Assembly: GCA_039679675.1 (NCBI GenBank)
Contig: JBDKUN010000055.1
Location: forward strand, 32,986-96,985
Source of the DNA: Armatimonadota bacterium
Lineage (GTDB): Bacteria > Armatimonadota > UBA5829 > DTLH01
Direction: 5' to 3'
Length of the DNA stretch: 64,000 nt
Made by a program: the position numbers and the translations under genes. A model generated the notes under the pieces. That model had not been told where the DNA came from, did no database searches, and worked only from the letters and a program-made list of their open reading frames with translations. This document shows, piece after piece, positions 10,289 through 20,510 of this stretch; position 1 is the stretch's first letter; each line of letters starts with the position of its first letter.

Positions 10289-10910
10289 TAGTGAACTCAA
10301 TATTCTCAATGACAGGCCGGACCTTCGGCCTATTATCGATCTCGTCGAGCCGGAGAGCAGGGTGCTCGACCTGGGGTGCGGTGAAGGGCATCTGATGAAC
10401 GCTCTCCAGAAGCTGAAGCGTGTCCGCGCACAGGGAATAGACCTTTCGGATGCCGCAATCCAATCCTGCGTTGAGAAGGGGCTATTTGTATATCAGGGAG
10501 ATATTGAGGAAGGACTTGCAGACTTCAACGACGGCAGCGTCGATTATGTAATCCTCACGGATACCATTCAAGTCTTGCGCAGACCGGCATTTCTGCTCAA
10601 GGAAGCGGCGCGTGTCGGCAAAAAGGTCATCGTTTCGGTCCCGAACTTCGGCTACTGGCGGGTCAGACTGCAATTGATGTTTCTTGGGAAGATGCCGCGC
10701 ACTCGTGACCTGCCGTACGAATGGTATGATTCGCCGAATATCCACTTGACGACAATACAGAGCTTCCGCGAATTTTGTTCTAGGAACGGTCTCAGGATTA
10801 TAAGAGAGGCCGACCTCGTACTGGGCGGCCCGAATCCCCGGAAAACAGCAGCACACCCGAATTTTTTTGCAAACTATGCCATCTTTATAGTTGAAAACGA
10901 CTCGAAATAA
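10281..10910 (+). CDS. metW: Methionine biosynthesis protein MetW
   Basis: RVLDLGCGEG, VPNFGYW, LPYEWYDSPNIH; overlaps metX. Confidence 0.93.
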   Translation: MADSELNILNDRPDLRPIIDLVEPESRVLDLGCGEGHLMNALQKLKRVRAQGIDLSDAAIQSCVEKGLFVYQGDIEEGLADFNDGSVDYVILTDTIQVLRRPAFLLKEAARVGKKVIVSVPNFGYWRVRLQLMFLGKMPRTRDLPYEWYDSPNIHLTTIQSFREFCSRNGLRIIREADLVLGGPNPRKTAAHPNFFANYAIFIVENDSK

Positions 10911-10971
10911 CGTAGAATGATTGGGCCGGGCATAAAGTTCGGCTAAACTGGCGTAAGTCGAGGACATTCAG

Positions 10972-12051
10972 TTGGCAATAGACTTCAATCAAAAGCGTTG
11001 GGAGCGCATAAAGACTGATAGCCATGCCTGGTGGCGGGGAGAGTTGGGCCGTCCGTTGGTCCAGTTTACGGCAGGCGGGAGAGACCCCGGCCGTCCCGAA
11101 CCGGCGGTTCCGAACTATTATTTCACGGCTTTTTATGACTTCAGTGTGAGTGCTGAAGATATTATCGACCGCTGGGATTACGACTTTTCCCGCACATATT
11201 ATCTTGGTGATGCCTTCCCGTGGCTGTTTCCGAACTTTGGGCCTGGTGTTGTCGCTGCGTTTTTAGGCGCGGAGCTTCATACAAGCATCGAAGGCGGCAC
11301 TGTATGGTTCCATCCGAAAGAGGAATTGGACATCCGTGACCTGCACTTCAGCTACGACCCCGATAATATCTGGCTAAATAGGGTCAAAGACATCTGCCGG
11401 GCTGCTGCAGACCGCTGGCAGGGGATGGTCCAAATCTCAATGACGGACCTCGGAGGTGCTCTTGATCTTCTTTCCATATTCAGACCGAGTGAAAAGCTGC
11501 TCTTTGATCTTTACGATTATCCAGAGGACGTAAAGCGGCTCACATGGGAAATCCACGAACTCTGGTGGCGGTATTTTGAGGAGATCAACGAGGTCCTTCA
11601 ACCGTCGAACCCCGGCTATACGGCCTGGGCGCCGGTTTTCTCGGAGACACCGACTTATATGCTCCAGTGTGATTTCGCTTATATGATCAGTCCTGCAATG
11701 TTCGATGAGTTCGCCATGCCGGAGCTTGCAGCCAGCAGCAGGAAGCTCTCGAACGCTTTTTACCATCTGGATGGGCCGGGGGAACTGCCTCATTTGGATT
11801 CTTTATGCTCTATTCCTGAGCTTAAAGGGATTCAATGGGGCCCAGGCGCCGGTGCGCCGGACTGCAGCCACTGGCCGGAGGTCTACCGGAAGATCCGTGA
11901 CGCAGGAAAGCTGGCTCTGATATTCGGTGGGCCGGATGAGCTGGACGCGATAGCCGATCAGCTCGGAAACGCTGAAGGACTAATTCTGGTAGGCTGTTGT
12001 GAAGACCGCGACAGAATTAAAGCCTGTCTGAAACGATATAATGCTGAGTGA
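10972..12051 (+). CDS. Uroporphyrinogen-decarboxylase/methylcobamide-methyltransferase-like TIM-barrel protein
   Basis: PNFGPG, LQCDFAYMISP..FDEF, YHLDGPG, IQW.PGAG motifs. Confidence 0.75.
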   Translation: MAIDFNQKRWERIKTDSHAWWRGELGRPLVQFTAGGRDPGRPEPAVPNYYFTAFYDFSVSAEDIIDRWDYDFSRTYYLGDAFPWLFPNFGPGVVAAFLGAELHTSIEGGTVWFHPKEELDIRDLHFSYDPDNIWLNRVKDICRAAADRWQGMVQISMTDLGGALDLLSIFRPSEKLLFDLYDYPEDVKRLTWEIHELWWRYFEEINEVLQPSNPGYTAWAPVFSETPTYMLQCDFAYMISPAMFDEFAMPELAASSRKLSNAFYHLDGPGELPHLDSLCSIPELKGIQWGPGAGAPDCSHWPEVYRKIRDAGKLALIFGGPDELDAIADQLGNAEGLILVGCCEDRDRIKACLKRYNAE

Positions 12052-12306
12052 AACTCGGAAAAATAGGATGATATGGCTATGAAAATTGGTCCCTATGCTT
12101 CGGGATTCTTTTCTTCCCGAAGCACACTTTCCTCCAATTCGGAAAGTTGGCTTCAGCGGAAACTACGCGCGCCGAAGTATTCAAATCATCAATTCTGAAC
12201 TCATCATTTCTCATACCTAAGCATGTGACCTCATCTGTAATGATATAATGAGATACGAATATACATAAATCATTAAGCTGATGATCAATTAAGATGAGGT
12301 GGCAGG

Positions 12307-13617
12307 ATGAACGAGTTGGCAGACAGGATCGGAGCGCGTTTTGAGCGGATGTCTCAGGACGAGCTTGCCGGTTTCCAGTCCAAGGCGCTTACGCGCACTG
12401 TAGCACAGGCAGCAAAATCCCCTTATTATTCCGCAAAGTTCAAAGAAATGGGGATTGAACCGACCGATATCCGGTCGAGAGAAGATGTAAGTAAACTGCC
12501 GTTTACTACCAAGAACGACTTGAGACTGAGCTATCCGGCCAAAATGCTCACCGTTGATCCGAAAGACGTGATCCGAATGCACACGTCGAGCGGGACCACA
12601 GGCAAACCTGTGGCGATATTCTACACCAGAGAAGACATCGACTGCTGGGCAGAGTTCATGTCCAGATCTCTCGCAATGGCCGGAGCAACCGAGAAGGATG
12701 TTTTCCAGAATATGACCGGTTACGGCCTTTTTACCGGAGGTTTGGGGCTCCATTTCGGCGCGGAACGGCTTGGAATGTGGGTGATACCGGCAGGCGGAGG
12801 CAATACGGCACGGCAGATAATGCTCATACGTGATTTTCACGTCACCGTTATCCATGCGACTCCGAGCTATGCGATGCATGTGGCCGAGCGGATGCTCCAG
12901 GAAGGAGACGATCCGAAATCACTCGGAATCAGGATAGCTGTCCTCGGCGCAGAGCCTTATACCGAAGAGATGAGGCTCAAACTTCAGGATTTGTACGGCT
13001 TTAAGGCCTTCAACAGCTATGGACTGACTGAAATGAATGGCCCAGGTGTTGCATTCGAGTGCTCGTATCAGAATGGAATGCATATCTGGGAGGACGGTTA
13101 TCTCGCGGAGATAGTGAACCCTGAAACCCTTCAGCCCGTTAAAGACGGTGAAGTCGGTGAATTGGTTTTAACCACACTCCGGCGCACTGCCATGCCGCTT
13201 ATCCGTTATAGAACGAGAGACCTCACTCGTGTGATAAAGGGAAGTTGCGCATGCGGCCGCAGCCACATGAGACTGTCCCGGATGATCGGCCGGTCTGACG
13301 ATATGCTGATCATAAGAGGCGTAAATGTCTTTCCGAGCCAGATCGAGGAAGTCATCATGCGTCACAAATGGCTGGGAGGGAACTATATAATCCAACTTAC
13401 CACGGCTAAGGCTCTCGATCAGATGACTGTCAAGGTCGAACTTGCCAAAGATATTTTCGATGGTTCGATGGAGGCACTTAAGAAATTCCGAGCAGAACTT
13501 CAGCGCCAGTTGAAAGAACAGGTTGGGTTCACTGTGAACGTGGAAATGGCTGAACCCGGCAGCTTGCCGGTCAGCGAAGGTAAAGCCAAGAGAGTTATCG
13601 ACGAGAGGGAGGGTTGA
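12307..13617 (+). CDS. paaK: Phenylacetate--CoA ligase family protein
   Basis: HTSSGTTGKP, YGLFTGGLG, YGLTEMNGPGV, RYRTRD, GRSDDMLIIRGVNVFPSQIE. Confidence 0.9.
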   Translation: MNELADRIGARFERMSQDELAGFQSKALTRTVAQAAKSPYYSAKFKEMGIEPTDIRSREDVSKLPFTTKNDLRLSYPAKMLTVDPKDVIRMHTSSGTTGKPVAIFYTREDIDCWAEFMSRSLAMAGATEKDVFQNMTGYGLFTGGLGLHFGAERLGMWVIPAGGGNTARQIMLIRDFHVTVIHATPSYAMHVAERMLQEGDDPKSLGIRIAVLGAEPYTEEMRLKLQDLYGFKAFNSYGLTEMNGPGVAFECSYQNGMHIWEDGYLAEIVNPETLQPVKDGEVGELVLTTLRRTAMPLIRYRTRDLTRVIKGSCACGRSHMRLSRMIGRSDDMLIIRGVNVFPSQIEEVIMRHKWLGGNYIIQLTTAKALDQMTVKVELAKDIFDGSMEALKKFRAELQRQLKEQVGFTVNVEMAEPGSLPVSEGKAKRVIDEREG

Positions 13618-14039
13618 TGACGATGTATAACGAGGTCAGCATATTCGTAGAAAACAGACCGGGGCAGCTTTCAAAGATATCGGAACTTTTGGGTAATGCC
13701 GGAATCGACATCCTCGCGATAGATGTCGCCGATGAAGGTCAGTTCGGGATAATCAAAATTCTCACTGCAGAACCGGACAAGGCAAAAGATGTCCTCTCTG
13801 CCGCTAACATGGCGGTTGCCTTCAATAAAGTCGCCTGCATAGACCTTGAAGACAGGCCCGGCGGCCTGGTGAAGCTCACAAAAGCCCTTGAAAGCGCTAA
13901 GCTCAATATCACAGACGCCTATGGCTGTATACTCGAACGCGGGAAACGCGCCGTATTTGTGGTCAAGGGAGATAACCTTGATGCAATCGAAGCTGCAGCA
14001 GCAAAGGCAGGGCTGAGGGTGCTAGAAGGACTGGAATAG
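13617..14039 (+). CDS. Tandem ACT domain protein
   Basis: SIFVENRPGQL and LEDRPGGL; TGATG coupling to paaK. Confidence 0.88.
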   Translation: MTMYNEVSIFVENRPGQLSKISELLGNAGIDILAIDVADEGQFGIIKILTAEPDKAKDVLSAANMAVAFNKVACIDLEDRPGGLVKLTKALESAKLNITDAYGCILERGKRAVFVVKGDNLDAIEAAAAKAGLRVLEGLE

Positions 14040-14179
14040 GGGACTATACCTCAGCCCTTTTCTCCCTTTTTCTCTTTCGTGTTTTTTCGTTTTCGGTAGC
14101 TCGACTACTTTCCGGCTGTATGTTAATATGAAACAGAATTATATAAAGAGGAAACTGCCGAAAAGGAGATTTGTTAGTA

Positions 14180-17100
14180 ATGCCGTATGATATCAGATCT
14201 CAACAGCAGGCCATCAGAGGAATGATGCGCGCGGTAGAAGCTGCGGTATACAAACCACTGACGGGTCTGACTGTTGAGGCATGGGCGACCAAGGAGCCTG
14301 TGTCCTACGCGGACCGGCAAACCGGCCGTCATCTGTCGCTTAAGCCCGGTGACAAGTGGGGTGATCTGTTCGACTGCGCATGGTTCCATTTCACAGGGAC
14401 CGTGCCGGAAGAATGCGCCGGTCAGCAGGTTGTTTTGTTGATCGATGTTAACGGAGAAGCCTGTGTAGTCGACTCCGCCGGAAACCCTGTCCAGGGGCTG
14501 ACCAATGTCAACTCCGTATTCGATACGTCTCTCGGGAAACCCGGAAAACGGGTCGTTCTGTTTGCAGCCCCGGCAAAGGGAGGCGAGAAGGTCTCCATCT
14601 GGGCTGATGCCGGATGCAACGATCTTTTGGGTGAAATACATGAGAACGGGACGCTGAAGGAAGCCCTGATTGCGATCAAATACCCGACGATGAGCCAGTT
14701 GTTCTACGATATAGAGGTCCTGAATGAGCTTCTCGGACAGCTTCCGCAGGACTCTGCGCGGGCGTGCTCGATCAGGACAGCTCTCTACGATGCCTCGCAC
14801 ATTATGCGGGACTATACGGAAGACGAAGCGAAGGAAGCCCGCGCTATATTAGCTCCTGAACTTGCGAAAAAGGGCGGCGACAGCTCGCTTACCATAAGCG
14901 CAATTGGACATGCTCATATAGACCTGGCTTGGCTGTGGCCGATCCGTGAGACTATCCGAAAAGGAGCCCGGACTTTTTCTACTACACTTTCCTTTATGGA
15001 CCGCTACCCGGACTATGTGTTCGGTGCAAGCCAGCCGCAGCTTTACCAGTGGATGAAGGACAACTATCCTTCAGTTTATGAACAAATAAAGGCCAAGGTA
15101 GCCGAAGGCCGCTGGGAAGTCCAGGGAGCTATGTGGGTCGAGGCCGATACGAACGTGCCGAGTGGTGAATCGCTTGTGCGCCAGCTTCTGTACGGCAAGC
15201 GGTTCTTCCGCAAGGAGTTCGGAATAGATGTAAAGAGCCTCTGGCTGCCGGATGTTTTCGGCTACAGCGGCGCGCTTCCGCAGCTTCTCAAGCAGGCCGA
15301 TGTGGACTATTTCATGACTCAGAAACTCTCGTGGAATGTGGTCAACCGGCATCCGCATCACACTTTCCGATGGAGGGGCATCGACGGAAGCGAAGTCCTT
15401 GCTCACATGATTCCGGAAGAGACTTATAACAGCCCTGCGGCTCCGAGATCGCTTGTGAAGTCGGAGAAGAACTTCTCTGACAAGGGCACGTCGGATGCGT
15501 GTCTCATGCTCTTCGGCATCGGTGACGGCGGCGGCGGGCCAGGTGAGGAACACCTGGAGCGCTTGGCACGTGAAAAAGACCTTGCAGGGCTTCCGCCTCT
15601 CAAACAGGAGTTTTCAGCCGATTTCTTCGAGAAGATAGCTCCGAAAACGTCAAGCTACCCGGTGTGGTCCGGTGAGCTCTATCTTGAGAAGCACCAGGGG
15701 ACGTACACATCCCAGGGGCGTAACAAGCGCTGGAACAGAAGGATGGAGCTTGCCCTCCGAGACTGCGAGTGGCTGAACACATGGGCTCATCAGTCTGTCG
15801 ATGCCAAGTATCCGGCTGCCGATCTGGAAAAACTTTGGAAAGAGACGCTTCTTTACCAGTTTCACGACATCCTACCGGGTTCGTCGATCACCCGCGTCTA
15901 TGAAGAGTCGAGAGCCCGGTATAAAGAGATGTTCAAGCAGACGGAATCTCTCGTAAAGAACGCTGGAGAATCGCTCTTGGCGAAGATCGACACCTCGGCT
16001 ATGAAGCAGCCCGCGGTTGTTTTGAACGCGCTCTCCTGGGAGAGAGACGGGTTTGTCCAGGTCGATAAAAAGTGGGCTTATGTGCATGTCCCGTCGTTTG
16101 GCTACACGGCAATAGATACCGCGAAGCTGGACACCGATTACAAGCCAGTAACAGCAGCGTCTGAAAAGCTTGAAAACGACAAGCTATGCGTTAAGTTCAA
16201 CGCTGACGGGTCTATTTCGTCCGTTTGGGACAAAGAGCTCAATCGTGAAGCTCTTGCCGCCGGTGAAGTGGCCAACAAGCTGGCCGTTTACGAAGATAAC
16301 GGTGACGGTTGGGACTTCCCGCTGGATTACGACAAGAAGGCTCCTGCATACTTCAAGCTGGAGTCGTCGAAGGCTGCGGTCGATGGGCCGAAGGCAACTG
16401 TGGAACAGGTATATAAGTTCAACGATTCCACATTTACCCAGGAAATCAGCCTTGTCGCAGGGAGCCGCCGCATAGACTTTACGACCAATGTCGATTGGCG
16501 CGAGACGCACAAAATGCTCCGCACGTCGTTCCCGGTCGCAGTCAAAAGCGACTATGCCACCTGCGAGGTCCAGTTCGGTAACATCAAGCGGCCGACACAC
16601 AGAAACACTTCCTGGGACCAGGCCAAGGTCGAGGTATGCGCTCAGAAATGGGTAGACATCTCGGACAGAGGCTACGGCGTGGCTGTATTGAACACCGGCA
16701 AGTACGGATACAAGACACTTGGCAATACGATAGACATAAATCTCCTGAGAAGTGCCACGTATCCCGACCCTGTGACGGACAAAGGGCAGCATGAGTTCAC
16801 TTATTCGCTCTTCCCGCACACCGGCGACCACGTGGAAGGATGCGTTGTCAAAGAAGCATATGAGCTGAACGTGCCTATGAGGTTGAGCAGCGTCGATTCT
16901 CATCCCGGAACACTCCCAGAGATGGCTTCCTTCTGCAGCGTAGACTCGCCACACATCATAGTGGAAACTATAAAGAAGGCTGAAGACAGCGATGCCGTGA
17001 TTGTGAGACTTTATGAGGCTCATGGGGCGTCTGGCTCGGCGAAGGTCACTATGGGCTTCCCGGTCAAGTCTGCCTCGAAGGTCAACCTGTTGGAAGAATC

Positions 17101-17188
17101 GCCTGAGAAGGTCAAGAATGAGGGTAATGTTATCCAGTTCGCATTCCAGCCGTTTGAAGTAATCACTCTCGCTGTAGAGGCAAAATAA
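14180..17188 (+). CDS. Alpha-mannosidase, GH38
   Basis: GHAHIDLAWLWP, WLPDVFGYS, GDGGGGP, GELYLE.HQGTYTSQ, QFHDILPGSSI. Confidence 0.93.
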   Translation: MPYDIRSQQQAIRGMMRAVEAAVYKPLTGLTVEAWATKEPVSYADRQTGRHLSLKPGDKWGDLFDCAWFHFTGTVPEECAGQQVVLLIDVNGEACVVDSAGNPVQGLTNVNSVFDTSLGKPGKRVVLFAAPAKGGEKVSIWADAGCNDLLGEIHENGTLKEALIAIKYPTMSQLFYDIEVLNELLGQLPQDSARACSIRTALYDASHIMRDYTEDEAKEARAILAPELAKKGGDSSLTISAIGHAHIDLAWLWPIRETIRKGARTFSTTLSFMDRYPDYVFGASQPQLYQWMKDNYPSVYEQIKAKVAEGRWEVQGAMWVEADTNVPSGESLVRQLLYGKRFFRKEFGIDVKSLWLPDVFGYSGALPQLLKQADVDYFMTQKLSWNVVNRHPHHTFRWRGIDGSEVLAHMIPEETYNSPAAPRSLVKSEKNFSDKGTSDACLMLFGIGDGGGGPGEEHLERLAREKDLAGLPPLKQEFSADFFEKIAPKTSSYPVWSGELYLEKHQGTYTSQGRNKRWNRRMELALRDCEWLNTWAHQSVDAKYPAADLEKLWKETLLYQFHDILPGSSITRVYEESRARYKEMFKQTESLVKNAGESLLAKIDTSAMKQPAVVLNALSWERDGFVQVDKKWAYVHVPSFGYTAIDTAKLDTDYKPVTAASEKLENDKLCVKFNADGSISSVWDKELNREALAAGEVANKLAVYEDNGDGWDFPLDYDKKAPAYFKLESSKAAVDGPKATVEQVYKFNDSTFTQEISLVAGSRRIDFTTNVDWRETHKMLRTSFPVAVKSDYATCEVQFGNIKRPTHRNTSWDQAKVEVCAQKWVDISDRGYGVAVLNTGKYGYKTLGNTIDINLLRSATYPDPVTDKGQHEFTYSLFPHTGDHVEGCVVKEAYELNVPMRLSSVDSHPGTLPEMASFCSVDSPHIIVETIKKAEDSDAVIVRLYEAHGASGSAKVTMGFPVKSASKVNLLEESPEKVKNEGNVIQFAFQPFEVITLAVEAK

Positions 17189-17215
17189 GACGTAGAATCG
17201 ATTGTATTTAAGCTG

Positions 17216-17250
17216 AAAAATGTCCGGGGTTTGCAACCTCGGACATTTTT
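17216..17250. terminator. Bidirectional terminator
   Basis: AAAAATGTCCGGGGT-TTGCA-ACCTCGGACATTTTT between convergent genes. Confidence 0.85.
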
Positions 17251-17268
17251 ATAGCTGTATTTATCTCC

Positions 17269-18306
17269 CTAACCGGAAAGTCCTGCGAAGAACAAGTCCC
17301 AGAACGGGTCTTTCCCCGGCTCGGCAAGGACGGTAGTTTTGCCGCCTCTTGTGATCGTGTTCGCAACGGCGGATTTATCAAAATATCCGAGCTTGAATGT
17401 CTCAATACCCTCGGCTGCAAGTGCTGATATGACGTTTTTCACTGCGTCGGGACTTACTGCTGCAAGCATAGTGCCTTCGCTTATTGCCGCCCACGGGTCG
17501 AATTTGAGCGCGTCGGCGAACTCAGCTATGTCTTCCGGCACTGAAACGCTGTCGATGTCCACATTTATGCTCAGTTTCGCCGCTGCAGCCATCTCCCACA
17601 GCCCTCCGAGCACGCCGCCCTCGGTAGCATCGTGCATCGCGTGGACTCCGCCTGCTGCAAACGCCGTAAGTGCATCCTTAACGACGGTAATCTGGTCTGT
17701 TCTCGCGCAGAGCTTGTCCAGAGTCTCTTGAGCAAGCCTGTCGTTCAAACGTTCCTTGTAGAGCACAGCGAGAAGTGCTGATGCCTCTATTGAAGGGCCT
17801 TTTGTCATAAGGACAACATCGCCGTCTTTCGCACCACCTGGGGAAACCCACTTGCCGGACGGTGCAAAGCCCCAGACGGTCACTCCGCCGATTGTAGGGA
17901 CAGATACGGAGCCATACCAGCCTGTGTGGCCGCCGATAATGGAGATCCCAAGCTCTTCAGCCGTGTCTGAGATCGACTTGATGATTGTTCTCGTGTCAAG
18001 TTCGGAGTAGCCGGGAGGGAGAAGCAGGGTGTACGTCATATACTCCGGCTTGATTCCGGTCACGGCGATGTCACTTGCCCCGATGTGGACCGTAAACTGC
18101 CCGAAAATCTCCAGTGGAAGCCCGACTGCGGGGAAAATGGGGTCCTCGGCAACTGCCATGACGCGGCTGTCACCGAGATTCAGAACGGCAGCATCGAGTC
18201 CTGGCCCCGGTCCGACGATCAATTTGTCAGAATGAGCGCCAAGTGCTCCGCTCAACAGATTATCCGTTTTACTGGGAGAAAGCTTCCCTACATGCTGCTC
18301 ACTCAT
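17269..18306 (-). CDS. AIR synthase (PurM/HypE/ThiL)-family protein
   Basis: GPGPGLDAAV, GGHT, AKDGDVVLMTK, AMHDATEGGV, ISEGTML. Confidence 0.85.
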   Translation of the reverse strand: MSEQHVGKLSPSKTDNLLSGALGAHSDKLIVGPGPGLDAAVLNLGDSRVMAVAEDPIFPAVGLPLEIFGQFTVHIGASDIAVTGIKPEYMTYTLLLPPGYSELDTRTIIKSISDTAEELGISIIGGHTGWYGSVSVPTIGGVTVWGFAPSGKWVSPGGAKDGDVVLMTKGPSIEASALLAVLYKERLNDRLAQETLDKLCARTDQITVVKDALTAFAAGGVHAMHDATEGGVLGGLWEMAAAAKLSINVDIDSVSVPEDIAEFADALKFDPWAAISEGTMLAAVSPDAVKNVISALAAEGIETFKLGYFDKSAVANTITRGGKTTVLAEPGKDPFWDLFFAGLSG

Positions 18307-18607
18307 GAGAGAGTTCCTTCCCAAGTATATTCTCAACGTCTTTTACTTTGCCTTCCAGGCGCTTTGCCGCGCCTTTGCGGTCGTCGATGGTGATGCTCGT
18401 AAGCACTCTAGGAGCGATCTCCATCATTTTCTGGTGGCACTTCATAATAAGCCCCATAACCTGCTCAGGCTCGCCCTCTATGGTCGTCTGCATAGCCCCG
18501 AGCTTGTAGGGCAGTCCTGATTTATCAACAATCGCGAGGATTTCAGCTATCAGCTCTTTCAGCTCTTCGCCCTCTCCGATTGGGATGATTGTAAAACTTG
18601 CCAACAT
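18299..18607 (-). CDS. MTH1187/DUF77 thiamine-binding-family protein
   Basis: FTIIPIG, SGLPYKLGAMQTTIEG, RVLTSITIDDR; GGAGG RBS. Confidence 0.88.
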   Translation of the reverse strand: MLASFTIIPIGEGEELKELIAEILAIVDKSGLPYKLGAMQTTIEGEPEQVMGLIMKCHQKMMEIAPRVLTSITIDDRKGAAKRLEGKVKDVENILGKELSHE

Positions 18608-18799
18608 GTGAACCAACCTCCTCTTGCATCTAAAGTGTAACACTATAGTGCTATTGAGCGTCAAGGGCGACTGCTGTTTGCGGACCCGAAACCTGGGGCA
18701 ACATAATCTTGGAGACTGTAATAGTGCTCATCGGGCAGGAATCACAACCGCCGATGAGTAACCTAATATATTAGTAACTTCAGTAGGGGATAATAACTC

Positions 18800-19006
18800 A
18801 TGAATACAGCAGTGATTATCACGCTTATAATAGTCGCCGGCGTAGTACTTATATCCCTTGTTGGGATCGGCTGGCTGTGGTCGATGACTTCCCGTGGGCT
18901 TATGCCCGGTAGCAGCGCAGCCAGGCAGCAAAAGGAGCTTGAAAAGAAGGTAAACGATCTGCAAAAGGAGGTAGACGACCTGAAGAAGCGTCTTCCATCG
19001 GAGTAA
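18800..19006 (+). CDS. Small single-pass membrane protein with coiled-coil tail
   Basis: Hydrophobic N-terminal helix, heptad LEKKVNDLQKEVDDLK; AGGGGA RBS; stop 2 nt before folP. Confidence 0.65.
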   Translation: MNTAVIITLIIVAGVVLISLVGIGWLWSMTSRGLMPGSSAARQQKELEKKVNDLQKEVDDLKKRLPSE

Positions 19007-19008
19007 AT

Positions 19009-20238
19009 ATGTATGGTGAAAATCACAGACCCAGAGTGCTGTGTTTAGGGAATGACCGCGATCTATTCGCGGAGATGGACCGTATGGGTGTTGCGGTTCA
19101 GGATAGAGAAAAAATCCTGTCCAGCGCCCGGTACTATACCCTCAAGCTGTCAGACGTTAACAGAACTCAAGCCAGCCTGATTAAGGAGGCGTTTCTATCG
19201 TACGGAGGAAACGCCATCGAAAAAGAGAGCACTCCAGACCGGATTGACATAATGCTGTCCGGCACACGTATGGCATTCAGCAAAGCTGCAAAGTGGATTG
19301 CATCTGAAGAGATGGGCAGTTCTGCGCTTGATGTCGAAATCGAAGCCGCGATAGTTTCATTCGAGGCCAAGCCGGTTTTGCCGAATGACAATGTCCTCCC
19401 GGACCTCAAATCCAGGCGCATGTTCTCGGAGCTTGCTAACCGCCCCCTTGTTATGGGGATATTGAACGTCACGCCAGACTCGTTTTCCGACGGCGGATTG
19501 TTCTTTGACCACAGCGCTGCCGTAGAACATGCACTTTCGATGGTAGAAGACGGCGCGGACATCATCGACATCGGAGGGGAGTCGACAAGGCCCGGAAGCG
19601 AGCCTGTTTCAGTCGAAGATGAGATAGCGCGCATAGTTCCGGTCGTCCGTGAGCTCTCGAAACAGATCGAGAAACCCATATCGGTGGACACATACAGAGC
19701 CGCTACCGCTGAAGCCGCACTGGAGGCAGGTGCTAACATAATAAATGATATCAGTGGGATGGTGTTCGACCCCGATATGAAGTCCGTCGTCGCCAGATAT
19801 AAATGTCCTGTCATCGTGATGCATACCAAAGACACGCCTAAGGAAATGCAGAAGTCTCCTTTCTATGAAGACTTGATGAGTGAGGTTACGGAATATCTTC
19901 GGCAGTGCATTTTCGATGCAGTGGACGCAGGTATAGATGAGCGTGTGATGATTATCGACCCTGGGGTAGGGTTCGGGAAGACTGTGAACCACAATTTGGA
20001 GATCATTCGGCGGCTTGCAGAGCTTAAGAGCCTTGGAAGGCCGATCCTTATGGGAACTTCGAGGAAAACTACCATCGGTAAGGTTCTGGGCGGCCTTCCG
20101 CCGGAGGAGAGGCTGGAAGGGACTGCCGCAACCGTTGCGCTTTCCATCGCAAACGGTGCAAATATCGTAAGAGTACACGATGTTAAGGAGATGGCCCGCG
20201 TTGCGAAGATGACGGACGCTGTCCTGCGCGGGGTTTAG
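19009..20238 (+). CDS. folP: Dihydropteroate synthase with N-terminal extension
   Basis: MGILNVTPDSFSDGG, DIGGESTRPG, IDPGVGFGK, GTSRK, RVHDV. Confidence 0.95.
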   Translation: MYGENHRPRVLCLGNDRDLFAEMDRMGVAVQDREKILSSARYYTLKLSDVNRTQASLIKEAFLSYGGNAIEKESTPDRIDIMLSGTRMAFSKAAKWIASEEMGSSALDVEIEAAIVSFEAKPVLPNDNVLPDLKSRRMFSELANRPLVMGILNVTPDSFSDGGLFFDHSAAVEHALSMVEDGADIIDIGGESTRPGSEPVSVEDEIARIVPVVRELSKQIEKPISVDTYRAATAEAALEAGANIINDISGMVFDPDMKSVVARYKCPVIVMHTKDTPKEMQKSPFYEDLMSEVTEYLRQCIFDAVDAGIDERVMIIDPGVGFGKTVNHNLEIIRRLAELKSLGRPILMGTSRKTTIGKVLGGLPPEERLEGTAATVALSIANGANIVRVHDVKEMARVAKMTDAVLRGV

Positions 20239-20265
20239 GTGTTTTTTCTCACGAAAGGGAGACTC

Positions 20266-20431
20266 GACACCTCCGGTGTCGGCTTCGGTGAGGTTTAGTT
20301 GTTATTTCGGGACGCCCTCGTCCCGAAATCTACCCTTCGTAGTTAAGTCGGTATCGGGACAGGGTGTCCCGATACAACAGAGATAGCGAATGTCGATAGA
20401 AAAGCGGAAGCTGCCGCTTCCGCACTCCAAA
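20266..20431. repeat. Cluster of REP-like palindromes
   Basis: ATTTCGGGACG-CCCT-CGTCCCGAAAT and GTATCGGGACA-GGG-TGTCCCGATAC as inverted related copies, plus AAAGCGGAAGC-TGCC-GCTTCCGCACTCCAAA. Confidence 0.7.
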
Positions 20432-20510
20432 TTTTTGTTTCCTCACTCGATACACAGGCACAACATGCATTATAATAATAGCCGACTATTAAATTCGTGA
20501 CAGGTATATT

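Noticed and set aside
19009..19430. Novel fusion at the FolP N-terminus
   Set aside because: Extended FolP proteins of about 400 aa are, to my knowledge, common in anaerobes; no second catalytic motif is seen.
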